DNA of 64,000 nt from the human T2T-CHM13v2.0 reference genome, Homo sapiens, in assembly GCF_009914755.1 (NCBI RefSeq), contig NC_060926.1; one strand, given 5' to 3'. Numbering within the stretch: the first letter of the stretch is position 1; every line of letters begins with the position of its first letter. The notes beneath the pieces are model-generated. The model made no database searches. It was not told the DNA's origin and saw only the letters and a program-made list of their open reading frames with translations. Shown here piece after piece: positions 1 through 14,525 of this stretch. Position numbers and translations under genes: made by a program.

Positions 1-384
1 CAAACAATCTCACACTGTTGAGAAAACCAGCAAATCCTGGAAAGGATTAGAGGTAAAAGCCAAAGTCAATACACTTCAAATACCCTGGGTACTTCACAGT
101 AACTAACAAGAAAGCATCTTCTGGGTAAGTTCACACTTCGCACGAAATAAATATTAATTCCGTTGTTGGTAGTTTTCCAAAAAGTTAATATTTTACAGTT
201 CAGAAATTTGGTTTCTTAAATTTGCCTTTGAAGCTCGAAGAATGCCTTTTGAAGTTGTTTTCATAGTCCTAGGAATTGAGTCTAAAAATGAAAGATGCCA
301 CCAAAGATTTGTTTACAAAGATGTTCATCAAAACCTTATTTTTATAGTTTACTGTTCACCAATTAAATCTTATGTCTGGCATAA

Positions 385-712
<328 letters not shown>

Positions 713-1152
713 CTCAACAAATATTTTTGAAACAATGAATTACATAAGAAAAGTTGAAAAATTTCAAATTGGGGACTGTTTGAATAAATTATGGATAAAT
801 ATTATACAGCCATTAAAAATGTTTTGAGGCTTAAATACATTTGGGAAATGTTTAAGAGGAAAAGTTAAGCAAAAAGGATGCTAGCACCGTGTACACATCT
901 AATGCAAATGTTGTAAAGTATATATATATATATATATGTGAGCACAAAGAGGATAGAAGGAAAAATAGAATTATTGACTGAGGTTATTACTGAGTGGTAG
1001 AATTCTGGATGGTTTTAATTTCTTCTTTTGTGTTTCTCTGCATTTGTTTTATAATTAGAAAAACACTAAAAGTGATTTAAACATTTTTAACATAAGGCAC
1101 TGCTAACATTCAGATCTGTAATAAAAATGAGTCCATTAAAAATCAGGGAGTT

Positions 1153-1437
1153 AGCCAGGCATGGTAGCTCACGCCATGTAATCCCAGCACCTTGGAAGGC
1201 CAAAGTGGGTGAATTGCTTGCGCCCAGGAGTTTGAGACCAGCCTACGCAACATAGTGAGACCTTGTCTCTATAAAAAAAGAAAAAAAAATTAGCGGGGGG
1301 CAGTGGCCTGTGCCTGTAGTCCTAGCTACTCAGGAGGCTGAGGGGATACAGAGGTTGCAGTGAGCTGAGAGGTCAGGCCACTGCACTCCAGCTTTGCAGC
1401 CTGGGCTACAGAGCAAGAGTCTCTTTTTAAAAAAAAT
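1153..1437 (+). mobile_element. AluJ-like element with internal deletion in the right arm
   Basis: AGCCAGGCATGGTAGCTCACGCC...TCCCAGCAC; flanked by AAAAATCAGGGAGTT direct repeat. Confidence 0.8.
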
Positions 1438-2029
1438 CAGGGAGTTTCATGAAATGTAGTTGTGGGATGATTCAATATTTGTATAAAACTGGCTCTTCCT
1501 CTCCACTTTGTTAGAACGAACTCTTGCTAGACAGACACTTTTGGTAATTTATTCAGTGGTGTAAATGCACAGGCCAGGGCTAAACTGTGCTTTATTTTTG
1601 AGTATAACACCAATAATAACTTCTGCAGAAAAGTTAGGTGACTTATTTCTCAAGTTATACAAATAAAGATGAAATGTAGTGCTTTTTCATCAGAGAGAAG
1701 CAAAATAATCATCAGTGGTTCAAATAGGTACTGGACCAGGCACTTTACCTAATGATCTTTAATTCTTACGGCTATCCTGAAAGTACTTTTATTTATATAC
1801 AGAATATTATGGTAGAAGTAATAATATCTCAGTTGTTGACGAATTGTCATGTGCGAGGCTCTGTGTCAGGGGCTTTATTTTCTCTCATTCCATGTTCTGA
1901 GCTACAGGGGCAGGTAGTGCATGTATTTCCACTTGGCACTTGAAGACCTTGAGGCCCAAGGTGGAAGCCAGATCACTCTAACCACTCCTCGATGTGGAGA
2001 ACATACTTTTATTCTCCAAGGTCATGAAT

Positions 2030-2646
<617 letters not shown>

Positions 2647-3829
2647 CTACAAATGAACTTGAGCTTTTCTGTCAGGGGGAAGAATAGGTAGAGAAAGAAA
2701 GTTTAATCAAATTTGAGGTTTTCTTACACTTCCTTGTAGTGGATCAATGGGAATAACCAGTCAGCCATTATCCATTCATCAGTACTAAGCAAATTCAACA
2801 AAACTAATGTTTTCAAATGTGTTGATCAAGACATACCCTTGGCCTTGTTTAAATGAAAAGTCCTCAATCAAACAAGACATTTTCTATGTAAGGGTGTTCC
2901 TGTAATAGAGGAGGCAGTGGCCTGCTATGTCCTTATCAAACTAGGGATGTATTTGTCAATGACTCCATTGAGTTCTTTTCAAAAACTTCCATTCTGGCAT
3001 TTTTCCTTTGCCTCCTACCTATCATCAAGGGCTCACAGGAGATTTAAAGAATGAATGTGAACAGATGACTAAGAGAATTAAAAAATGGCCACGTCTCTGT
3101 ATTCTCTTGGTTCCGGAAATGGTCCAGCTGGTTCTATTTTTATTATAATAATAATAAAATTTGTTATTTATTAAGCATCTTCCACATGTCAGAGCTTTAT
3201 ACATTTTTATGTCATTTTAGCTTCACAACCATCTACCAAGGTACATATCCTCAGCGGGTAGCAACTCCAGAGATTAAATAGGGAGTACACCTGATATTAT
3301 GTGTCTACCATGTGAAAGTCGAATCCAGATTTGAGTCCAACAAACACGCGTCCTTCAAAACACGTTGCCTAGCAACAAATTGATTCTAGTTACTTCCGGC
3401 ATCCCAAGTGGAGAAAAATAACCAATTCCTTCCTAGAAGCCAAGCTTGAGGGACCTTTAGAATTCTGTAACAGAAAAGCTCCCCACCCCCTACTGTGACC
3501 CAAGCAGTTACTTAAACACTAATACCTCCCATTGGCCGGCGTGGCAGAGCAGCAGCTCTGGCGCTAGAGGGAACCTGGGCTGCTCTAGCTGGGGGAGAGC
3601 CGGGTCTCTGGTTCTAATCACTTGAATCTGACTTCTGGGAAAACTGGCGTCCAGGGACTCCCCCCGGAGACCCATAATCTTCTTGGGGCGACCTCAGGTT
3701 GGGGGACTAAGTCCTGCAGGGGACACTTGTTCATCCACTACCAGGGACACCCATCTCTCCCAACTCAAGACTTCTTTTTACTCCCCAAGTTTAAAACTCT
3801 GAGGCCACCCCGCCCCCTTCCCTCTCCCT

Positions 3830-4720
3830 CGCTTAGAATCAGGTATGGACACCGACATTCCAACCTTCTTTCCTTCTTCGGCGCTCCTGAAGGTAACCGG
3901 TGCGCGTGCGCACGTCAATCCGAGGGTGTGTGCGCCCAGTTTCCGGCGCCGCGGGACACCCACAACCGCGGGGCTGTCCCTCAGCTCGGCCGCCCGCCCC
4001 GCCCCGCCCCCCCGGACCCGCCTCCCAGCCCCGCCCCGGGCCCTCCTCGCCGCGCCCGCTCCGTCCCGCGCCCTCCACCGCCCTACGGCCTGGGCCCGCC
4101 TCCACCCTGCCTCTCCGTGGTTCCCCGGGCTGCCCCTGCCCCCGCCCCCGCCCCCGCCACCTCCCCCGCCGTCGCCCAATTCCCCCAGCCCCCACCCTCG
4201 GCTGCTGCCCGAGCTTCCTCCACGCGCCGTGCAGTCTCCACGGCGACGCTGCGTTCCCGACTCGGAGCCCCCAGCTCCGCGCGAGCAGCTAGCCGGGCTG
4301 GCTCTCGGTGTGTGCCCTTCGGATGGTCGGCTGAAGAGGGCCGCCAGCTGGTAAGACACTCCGAGGCAACGACCGGTCTCCCTCTCCCTAGCCCGGTGTG
4401 CAGTCTGACCCAGCCCCCACAGCAGACCACCCCCAGACCGGGCGCCCGAGTCTGCGGACCGCTCTACCGCACCTGGTTCTGGCTCTGGGCCCCGGGCCCC
4501 GTGGCTGCCAGGGGCCGCCGGGAAGGGAGGATGCGCGCCACTGGGGTGCGCCTGGCTTGCGGCACCCTCCTCCCGCAGTGGTCGGAAGAGGTGAGGAAGC
4601 GCCGTTCGTGTCTACACGGGTGTGGAGATAACTGGGCGATTCTGACAGGCTTGTCTACACTACCATTCTTTGACCGGCCGGTGCACACGCACCAACTCCT
4701 TCCCCGCAAATAACGAAGAT
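3830..4720. promoter_or_regulatory. ERICH2: CpG island / upstream ERICH2 promoter
   Basis: Very GC- and CpG-rich; NRF1-like TGCGCGTGCGCA at 3901-3912 overlapping CACGTCA (CRE-like); clustered CCGCCC GC boxes; splice donor TG|GTAAGA at 4350/4351. Confidence 0.85.
3845..4350 (+). CDS. ERICH2: ERICH2 long isoform, putative coding exon 1 (Pro-rich, MDTDIPTFF...RLKRAASW)
   Basis: ATG in good Kozak context (GGTATGG); open for 506 nt to donor TG|GTAAGA, phase 2 compatible with exon 10319. The start site is uncertain because the TSS could lie downstream of this ATG. Confidence 0.5.
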
Positions 4721-6249
4721 GGCCCAGCCCATCCCAGGGCTTCCCGACCCCCTTCCCTCAGTCCTTGCCCTTGCCCGGAATTCTTTTACTTATTTTTGGA
4801 AAATTAGTTAAGACATCACTACTAGCTAGATATAACTTGCTAGCCATACAAATTTCGATGGAATTTGGACAAATCATTTATATTCCCGGGCCTTATTCTC
4901 ATCTTATGAGATGATGAAATTGACTTGAAACTTCCAAAATGTTGATATTGTTCTTTTGACTACTCAAACTACTCTACACTGAGCCCCTGTGGCATTTAAA
5001 GTAACACATGGTATAATGATCAATTTATTGTTTGGCATAGGTGTCTTGGCTGAATCTTATTTTTACCCTAGGAGAACCCCTGGAAGTCGCTTTTTAAAAA
5101 TCTGAAAAGGACACCGGAAATGTCTTTTAATATGTTTCATTTTTCTAAAAACCAAATACAATGATCCCCAAATCCAACTTATTTTTTAATTTTTATTTTG
5201 TTTTTTGTGAATTGAAATAGTTTTGGTTTTTGTAATCTCTGGAGAACAATAATAACAATAACATTTCTCTTTACGTGTTAAGAGTTTTCCAGAGCTGAAA
5301 TTCCAGCATCTCTAGGTATTTCATTGCACCCACTCCAGAATTCCAGAGCTTTCTACCTACGCTCACCGGTTGAGCCACATCCTCAGTGTTTTCTCCCTTC
5401 TTTGCCCCATCCAGTTTCGGCGTTTAGAACTGGCTTCATTTGTGACAGTTCACCTTCAGGACTGGCCTCCCTGAGCTGTAAATATTAACAATAGTATAGG
5501 AGGAGGAGTTATAGTAACTGCAGTTCTGGCAGGAGATGAGTGCTACTATTATTATTTATTGGTAGCTAATTATTTTAACCTTTGCAATTTAACTCTATAA
5601 GGTAGGTGGTGTTTTTATCCACACTTTACAGTTGAGGAACTGAATCACAGAGAGGTTAAGGAATTTGCTCAAGGTCACACAGTTTACTGGGATTTAAACA
5701 TAGACAACCTGACTCCAGAGTCTGGAATCCTAGCACTATATTACACTGTAAAGGAAATATATAAAATTTATATTTAGTCAGTTTAAAAAATGAATGTAAG
5801 TGATGGATGATCCTTGACACCATTTGTATACACATTTGAAGCTATGCCATGAAATATTGTTCCTGCATCATGTAATGTTTCCCCCACCAAGCTCCCTGAG
5901 GATAGAGGATAGTGCTTAATCAGCTCTGTCTCTCCTTCTCACCAGAGTTGCAGGGCTTGAGTGTGTAGCTAGCTAGCTATTTATTCATTCTGTCTTTGCC
6001 TATTAGACTACAAGGTAGCTTATAAAAACCAGTAGCACAAAACAGTAAAATAATTGCATAAGTGGGATGAAGAAAAACATGTAATGTCTTCCAATATTAC
6101 AAGAGAAATCTAAAATAAAAATTTTTTGAAATCTGAATTTTAAATGTTGGTAATTCATTTTATAAAAGGTGTTTTTGTTTTTTTGTTTTGTTTTGTTTTT
6201 CCTGAAGTCTGTGGAGTGTGGAGTCCAAATAATACCAACTGGGGAGGTT

Positions 6250-6555
6250 CAGAATCTTGTGGCCTCTGGTTGCATGACTCCTAAACTACAATTTCTGAAT
6301 CTCGTGGCTAATTTGTTAATCCTGTAAAGGCAGTCTGGTCCCCAGGCAAGAAGAGGGTTTGCTTTGGGAAAGGGTGGTTATCATCTTTGTTTCAGTGTTA
6401 ACTGTAAACTGATTTCTTCCCAAAGTTAGTTTAGCCTATACCTAGGAAAGAACAAGGGCAGCTAGGAGGTTAGAAGCAAGATGGCATCAGTTAAGTCAGA
6501 TCTGTGTCACTGTCATAATTTTCTCACTGTTATAATCTTTGCAAAGGCAATTTCA
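6250..6555 (-). mobile_element. LTR8-family ERV1 LTR fragment (5' part)
   Basis: Reverse complement begins TGAAATTGCCTTTGCAAAGATTATAACAGTGAGAAAATTATGACAGTG, matching the LTR8/LTR8A start as I recall it. Confidence 0.75.
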
Positions 6556-6895
6556 CCTCTGTCCTTCCAGTTCTGCCTCCACTGCCTGCTGACTTCCTTA
6601 GGTATCTCCAGTCCTTGAGCCCAAAAGAAAGAATTTGATTGGTCCTGGTAATCACTATTCCTCAGTTTGGGCAGTATGGGAAATTACACTGTAGCCCCTT
6701 AAAGGGAAGCATTTGTTATAGTATTTTGAAGCTTGCTCTGTGACATACATATAAGAAGTTAGTACCCGTTTCACCTATAAGATTCTGAACTTCTCAAAGT
6801 AGAGTATCTTCATCTTTGTGTCCCCAGAGTTTAGCATAGTTATATGTGACATGTAGTAGGTGCTCATCAAATGTCTGGTATTGTATTATTATTGT

Positions 6896-7184
6896 CTTTT
6901 TTTTTAGAGACAGAGTCCCACTCTCTTGCCCAGGCTGGAGTACAGTGGCACAATCATAGCTCATTGTAACCTCAAGCTCCTGGGCTCAAGCCATCCTCCT
7001 ACCTCAGCCTCTTGAGTAGCTGAGACTACAGGCATACACCACCATGCCTGGCTAATTAATTTTTTATAGAGGCAGAGTTTTGCTGTGTTCCCCAGGCTGG
7101 TGTCGACCTCCCATCCTCAAGCTATCCTCTGGCCTCGACCTCCCAAAGTGTTGGGATTACAGGTGTGAGCCACGACACCTGACC
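6896..7184 (-). mobile_element. AluJ element
   Basis: Antisense Alu consensus, diverged. Confidence 0.85.
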
Positions 7185-7654
7185 CAAATACCTGTTTTAA
7201 ATAGACATTGAATAGTGCATGAAAATTTGGAACTATCATAAACTGTGCTGTTCCCATTGCCACAAGGACTGTTAAAAGAAACACCTTTATCTGTGTTCTA
7301 AATTAGTCTGCTTTTTCCCTGGAGTCAGTGATCTTTCTAAACAAGTATCAGTACTTTAGGTAGTTTTTAAAATTAATTAAAAGCCCTCAGAGATAATCTG
7401 CTTGTCTCAATCACAGTAAAGGCCCATTTTTGCTTCCCTAAGCAATTTTAATCATCCCCATAGGACATCTTTCCAAACTTTTCTTTTAGATAAAACATTG
7501 AATTGTTTCAACAGTGTCCTTCCTATATGCCAGGCTCTGCTGAACACTTTACCCAGATTATCCCATTTAATCCTTATAATAATCCACCAAAGGTGGCACC
7601 ATGGTGATCCCCATTTTTCAGATGGAAGAATGGAATCTTAAAGAAGTTAAGTGA

Positions 7655-8089
<435 letters not shown>

Positions 8090-8315
8090 TAATGAAAGGA
8101 GATGAAATGGACATTTCCTAGCTAATGATAAAGCCAGACCTAGCAGAGCATGGGTCTCCATCAAGGGCTGGGATCTGTCCATCCTACGTTTTCACCAGGT
8201 GAAAATGGGAGGAGAATTATGTGCACGAATGTTTCATCTAGGTGAAGAGTTGAATGTTGCAATCCCTGAAGATCCTAGAGCTAGAAAGGAGAGGACTGCT
8301 CTAAATATAAAGGTG

Positions 8316-8620
8316 GGCCAGGAAGGTGGCTCACGCCTGCAATCCCAGCACTTTGGGAGGCCCAGGCAGGAGGATCGCTTAAGAGCCAGGAGTTCAAGAC
8401 CAGCTTGGGCAACAAAGTGAGACCCTGTCTCTTCAAAAATAAAAAAAAAAAAATAGCCGGATGTGGTGGTGCACACCTGTGGTCTCAGATACTCAGGAGG
8501 CTGAGGTGGGAGGATTGCTTGAGCCCAGGTGATCGAGGCTGCAGTGAGTCATGATCATACCATCACACTCCAGCCTGGGTGACAGAGCGAGACTCTGTCT
8601 CAAAATAATAATATTATTAA
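8316..8620 (+). mobile_element. AluJ element
   Basis: Sense Alu consensus with A-rich tail. Confidence 0.85.
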
Positions 8621-9540
8621 TAAATATAAATGTGATGCTGTACATCACATTTATATACAGGTACCCAGGGGATTGTGGAACTCTGTGAAATGAAAGTGTC
8701 TCTCAGGGGAGATGATGTTAGATTTCTTTTGTTAAGGCCTTATTTAGTTCATTATTGCTTTGTTTCGTCTTTGGAGCTTTGCTGCCCTAGATAACCAGAG
8801 GAAAATCTTTCATTTATCCTAGAGTTTGGTCTTCCACAACTGTGTTTCCCCAAAAGATGCCGTGCTGTTCTGATAGACTTTAGTTCTCTGTGAGCCTCTT
8901 GGAGAGCTAATCGAATTAACGTATGTAATGTTGGCTTGGTCAGGGTTCCCCAGAAAGCAAAGCCTGAGGCAGAAGTTTATATACAGCTGCTTTATTCAGG
9001 AGCATAAGTCAATATAAAGGAGTTGGATTTAAAAAAAATAAAAACTTAATACGAAATAATGATGCTTTGCTTTTAATGTCCACAGTCTTGGCCCTGAATT
9101 TTATATTCCAGAAATCCCTCAGTAGGTAATAATTATGATAATTTTTAAAGTCTGGTTTGGGTGTGGGAACAAGTGTTAGAGGGGTGAGGAAGTGGATTGT
9201 TACTTAGGAAAATTTTAAGTGTGGCCGCTCCCATACTTGAAAAAAAAGTAAGAGTTTATTTTTCTCTTAACTATGAGAATGAAATTTATCCAGATATATA
9301 AAAGGCTACACTATACGAAAATCAGTCCTATGATCAGGTAATTTAGGTAAAAATTCATAGAGAAAACATTGTACCTTTATATTAATAAACACATGAGAAC
9401 TTATGAGGTAAGAATTATATTTTAGAATCAAAAGTAATTTCTATATGTATTTGTTTAAATAATACTTTATTAAAAATACCATAGCTTGAGATACTGTGGA
9501 AGAATTTCTTCTTGTTCTGGTCACATGTACTCTAAAAGGT

Positions 9541-9849
<309 letters not shown>

Positions 9850-9937
9850 TTAAAAGCTGTTTTTTATTTTTGTGACACCAATAAACTGGAATGTGGCAGA
9901 TAAGTTATGTAAAACCAAAAAGATAACAGAGAATTTC

Positions 9938-10100
9938 TTTTTTTTTTTTTAACTTTCATTTTAGGTTTGGGGGTACGTGTGAAGGTTGGTTACATAGGTA
10001 AACGTGTCATGAGGGTTTGTTTTACATATTATTTCATCACCCAGGTATTAAGCTCAGTACCCCTTAGTTATCGTTTGTGCTTCTCTCCCTCCCCACCCCG
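9938..10100 (-). mobile_element. L1PA 3' end fragment
   Basis: Poly-T then ...GGTTACATAGGTAAACGTGTCATG...TATTTCATCACCCAGGTATTAAGC, typical of an antisense primate L1 3' end. Confidence 0.75.
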
Positions 10101-10318
10101 TCCCCCAGAAGGCTTAATTTCTCTAGATTTTTTTAAAACTAAATTTCATAATCCAGAAGAATGAGGTTTTACAGTTAGAATGGAAATAATGCTACTAAAT
10201 ACAAAAACAAAATACATACTTAATACCCAACTGACAGACTGTGTTCTGTGTTCTATTTGTATTTTAAATCTATATAAGTGTTTAGAGACTTATGAAGTAA
10301 ATATTTTGGTTTTTGCAG

Positions 10319-10349
10319 GACTTCTGTAGACAAGACAGATACTGTAAAG
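10319..10349 (+). CDS. ERICH2: ERICH2 long isoform exon (W)TSVDKTDTVK
   Basis: ttttgcag| acceptor and AAG|gtgaga donor; 31 nt, in frame with both neighbours. Confidence 0.75.
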
Positions 10350-10548
10350 GTGAGAGTATATAATTTTTTTAGGATGTTTTGAGTCTATTTTAGCATCAAT
10401 TTATACAGTTTTTAAATAACCAGCTTTAGTATAAAATTGTATCTTATTCTAGCTAGTAGAAATGTTTACATAAAGGCTATTAGTAAATTATTTCAAATAT
10501 CTCAAACTAAAATAATAATGCTAGTTTTTATTTCTGCTTCTATTTTAG

Positions 10549-10597
10549 ACAGCAAAGAACAAACAGAATGGCAGATTGCTAATGTTTGATCCAAACG
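10549..10597 (+). CDS. ERICH2: ERICH2 long isoform exon TAKNKQNGRLLMFDPN
   Basis: tattttag| acceptor and ACG|gtaaat donor; 49 nt, in frame. Confidence 0.75.
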
Positions 10598-10815
10598 GTA
10601 AATGATTTATTACTTTGAAAGAATATGTTTAGCCACTATCTTGTCCTAAATAGTAAGAAGACTATTGGAATCTTGAGTGTCATTGAATGACTTAGTAATT
10701 AAATCCTTTATTATGTTGCCTATCCTTTTAAAAATCCTAAATATTTGCCATTTAGAAGTGTATGTCAGGGACATCAGTGTTAATAAAATACTGAGGGTAT
10801 TTTTTTCTCTTTCAG

Positions 10816-10852
10816 AAAAAGTGATGATTGAATCAAACGAAGCAATGTCAGA
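10816..10852 (+). CDS. ERICH2: ERICH2 long isoform exon EKVMIESNEAMS
   Basis: Strong polypyrimidine tract ttttttctctttcag| and GA|gtaaga donor; 37 nt, in frame. Confidence 0.75.
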
Positions 10853-11303
10853 GTAAGAAGATGTCTTTGATTGTGCAGCTGATCTCTCCCATGCCTTTTA
10901 AGCAATTAGAACTAGATAATGCAGCCATTTGTCACCCAATTAAATTTGAAAGGCCAGAAATGCATGGATTAGCACTTCAGCTTTTGCTGCAGTCAAAGCA
11001 ATTGTTACTTAGATAGAAGGACAGTTAAAATGAAAAATGAATTTTGATAAAAATGCAGAAGTATAGATAATATTCACTTCTACTTTTTAATGCTTAAACA
11101 CCCTGTATTCTGTATTTTACTTGTATCATAATTTTCATTGCTCATTCCTATTTCCCTTTGATACTTATTTCTTTCACAATATTTCTTCAAGTGAATATGT
11201 ACTTTAAAATTAACAAATTATTTACTATAACATGAATTGTTACTACTCAATAAAGAAAGTAATCACCTCAACTAGTTGAAGAAACTGGTGTTAAAAAAAT
11301 TGT

Positions 11304-11337
11304 ATTCTTTCCAGCCTTTTGGCTAAGATCAAGTGTA
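11304..11337 (+). pseudogene. 3'-truncated U2 snRNA retrocopy
   Basis: GCCTTTTGGCTAAGATCAAGTGTA is identical to the U2 5' region; flanked by A-rich AAAAAAAT direct repeats. Confidence 0.8.
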
Positions 11338-12963
11338 AAAAAATCACAGTACAATATCAATTTAGTAGCTAAATTTTAAATATCTTCTCTGTTCAAGGCT
11401 CTGATTCTGATAATCTATTAAAGCCCTTCCTGTAGTCATCTCCTACTTTCTGAAAAAAAAATCTCTATTTATTCTATGAAAAATTACAGCTTGAAAGTTG
11501 ATCATAAACACATTTGTGGGGATTACTGACAAATTAGTAGGTACTATTCTGGTGGGATTCTTCTATTCAAATTCATACTGTTTTTGTTTATTCTAAATAT
11601 TGACTGGGAAAAATTCTACCCTAGACAACATATATTTAAATTTTCATATTGTCAAAACGAAAAATGTCCACCTTGGCTTTTGTTGTAAATTATATGTATA
11701 TTACATATTATATAATACATGTTTTTATATTAAAGAGAAAGTAATGTATAGCAAATCAGTGACAGAGGACCTTATTTATTTTCATTTAAAGTTACAATCA
11801 ACCAGAAAAAAAGAGCCTTGTTACATATAGTAATCTACATGTAATTTTATATGTATCCTATTACATGGTTGAAAACATTTAATAAAATCTAAAAAATGTT
11901 TAGTTGTCTTTGAGGGATATTTGAAATATAACTTTCAATAATAGTAATAGAAGTTACTAGATCATAGATGAAAAGAAATTACTGTTGTATCAATGAGCCC
12001 CAATGTTCTTTGAGTGATAAGCAGTGTTGGAACTGGAGCAAGGGGTGTTCCACTTCCTGAGGTAGATAAACCCCGGGGATAAATCAGATGCAGTCTAGGC
12101 CAAAATAGAAAAGCAGAGTGGCTACTTGTTCTCTTGATCTCAGTCATAATTGCACCTGCCTCTCAAACTGCTTCTTGCAAGGTCAAAATGATCATTTCCC
12201 TTTAATTTGCTTTCAGAGGACAAGGGTGGATAGTGTAGCCAATAAGCTTCACAGGTGTGTAGTTTTGTCACCTCAGGTACTTCACCCAGAGTTGAAGGTA
12301 AACAGGGCTAGTTCTAGAGAAAAATGATCAAGTAGGAAAAAACATTGGAGTGGGGAGATCTTTGCATGGGAAGAGTGTGACTGACCTGCAAAGTTGATGA
12401 ATTTTTTCAGCATAGCTTCCATTCCACTCTCCACCCTGCTGCTGGCCTCATAGTCTGACTGGCAAGTGAGATTTGCCAAAAGATTTCATTTAGGTTGGGT
12501 TAGGGAAAACTAAAAGTTTTTTCTTTGCTCTAGTTTTTGTATTTTTCACTCCAGTCCCAGCCACAAGAAGTATGTGGACTCTATAAACCACAAGTTTCAA
12601 ACTTCTGGGCACACAAATGCCACATTTAACATTTTCTTTTTCCTTAGAAATCCTATGTGGGAAAGATTTTGTCTACCCAGCAAATTGCTTGTAGTTAACA
12701 AACTATTTTCAGCAGCAGAAATAAAATATGTATTTAATGCAGGATAAAGTTTTCTAGATTTTGGACCTTACTGGATTTTTTGGTCAAGCTTTCAAGCATA
12801 AAGATTGAGGGGAATATGGCTGAAGCAAATCCACAGCACTCAGCGCTGACTGAGCTTGAAAAAAAATTGTATCTCTAGGACTTTTCTTACATAATCACGT
12901 GTTTTATCACCTTTTCTAAAATGAATAATGAGCTATTTTTTATTCCCATTTTTATACCTCAAG

Positions 12964-13059
12964 TAAATGCCTCTTTGGACGCAGACCAAGATTGACAAGC
13001 AAACTTAATACCTCACCAACACAGGTCTCTGTAAATGTAGCTAAAACATTCTCAGAAAA
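12964..13059 (+). CDS. ERICH2: ERICH2 long isoform exon DKCLFGRRPRLTSKLNTSPTQVSVNVAKTFSE
   Basis: Pyrimidine tract ...atacctcaag| and AA|gtaagt donor; 96 nt, stop-free in the required frame. Confidence 0.7.
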
Positions 13060-14525
13060 GTAAGTTTTAATTAATTTTGTTTTTAGGCCCATGTTTGACA
13101 AGTATAAATCATTTTATGACAAAGTTTAAAATAGAAATCTCCTGAAAGAATTATTTCAGTAGAAGTTTTGGGACACTAAATATACCCAACATGCTGAGGA
13201 AAAAATTCTAAAACTTAGGTTATCTGCCCTCTAGCATAAATATGTTCCAATGGAATGTCTAACCTGATTAACTCTGTAATTTTATTAAGTACTAAATTAA
13301 AGACTTTTGCATTTCCAAAGAATATTATTGCATAAAGTAAAATTTTAAATCTTTCCTCAGTTGTAATTGTAGTTAACAAAAACAGATCTGTTAGAGTATA
13401 CTGGTTACCTGTTTTTCTTAGTTAGGGGCTTTATTACCATAAATAACATCACTTTCTCAAACAGAAGTCAATAGATTTTAGGTGAAGAGGAAATTGACCT
13501 TTGGGCCTCCGATTCTTTGAAACTGTGCAAGAAAGACCATAGAAAGTGAACAGAAAAGCCATTTATGTCTTACTGTTAAAATCAGGATTTGATCAGCTCT
13601 CATATAGGTATTTTTCTGGCATGTTCACTGCTTCCAAATAGTAATATTCCATTTACTTCAGGTCATTGAGTATGTTGGCTGCCTCCATGTGTGTTTCATT
13701 AAAATTATTATAGGCATTTCCAGTTATTCAAATACCCAGAACTATACTAGCTAAATTCCTGTTTTAAGGGATGTAACTCAGTGAATATATAAGTGCCATA
13801 TTTTATTCTAAAGCACACATTTTTTTCATATTTTAACACCTTTTACAATCAATGTCATCTTACACTTATATTTGGCAATATATTTTTCTTTTTTAGTGTA
13901 CATAAAACGATGGTATGTCTTATAATAAACATTGTATCTTAGATTCAATGAAATACTTTAATTCAGGGAAGAAAAAAGACATCAAAGCCCTTTTATGTAG
14001 ATCAGCTATGAGAGCATATAAATTTTAGTAATCACTAGTGTGGTGAACTTTTACATAACAGGAGTCTCACAATCCTGGAAACTGAATATTTCAGTGATTC
14101 TACAACTTTTCATATGTAGAGTTTCTTCTTGGATGCTTTCTGTCACAATTAGAAGATCAAACAGGGCAGAGGCAGAACAAATGTAAATCATCTTTGCTGT
14201 GCATTTTTCATTTCCAGAGAAGGGTTTTGCTTTAGCCATATATACTGGGGGAGTAAAGATTCCATTCCCTCCCATAGTATTAAGGATGTAACAACCTGGT
14301 CAACCTATTTGCTAAATTAGTGCATGGGACCACTAACTTAACTACTAATGTTCTGGATTCACATTTCCATGAGGGAAAAAAACAGAGCCATTGTAACTTT
14401 GGGGAACAAATAATACTTTACATCTTTTTATATATTTCCATGCAAACTAGAAGGTGAATTTTTAAAACTTTATGAAGGAGACAAATTGAAAGATTCTCAA
14501 GACCTCAAAAAAAGAGACTTGGGGG

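Noticed and set aside
3622-4713. 363-aa + strand ORF and overlapping minus-strand ORFs
   Set aside because: CpG-island stop-codon depletion with a non-ATG start; only the 3845 frame is phase-compatible with the downstream exons.
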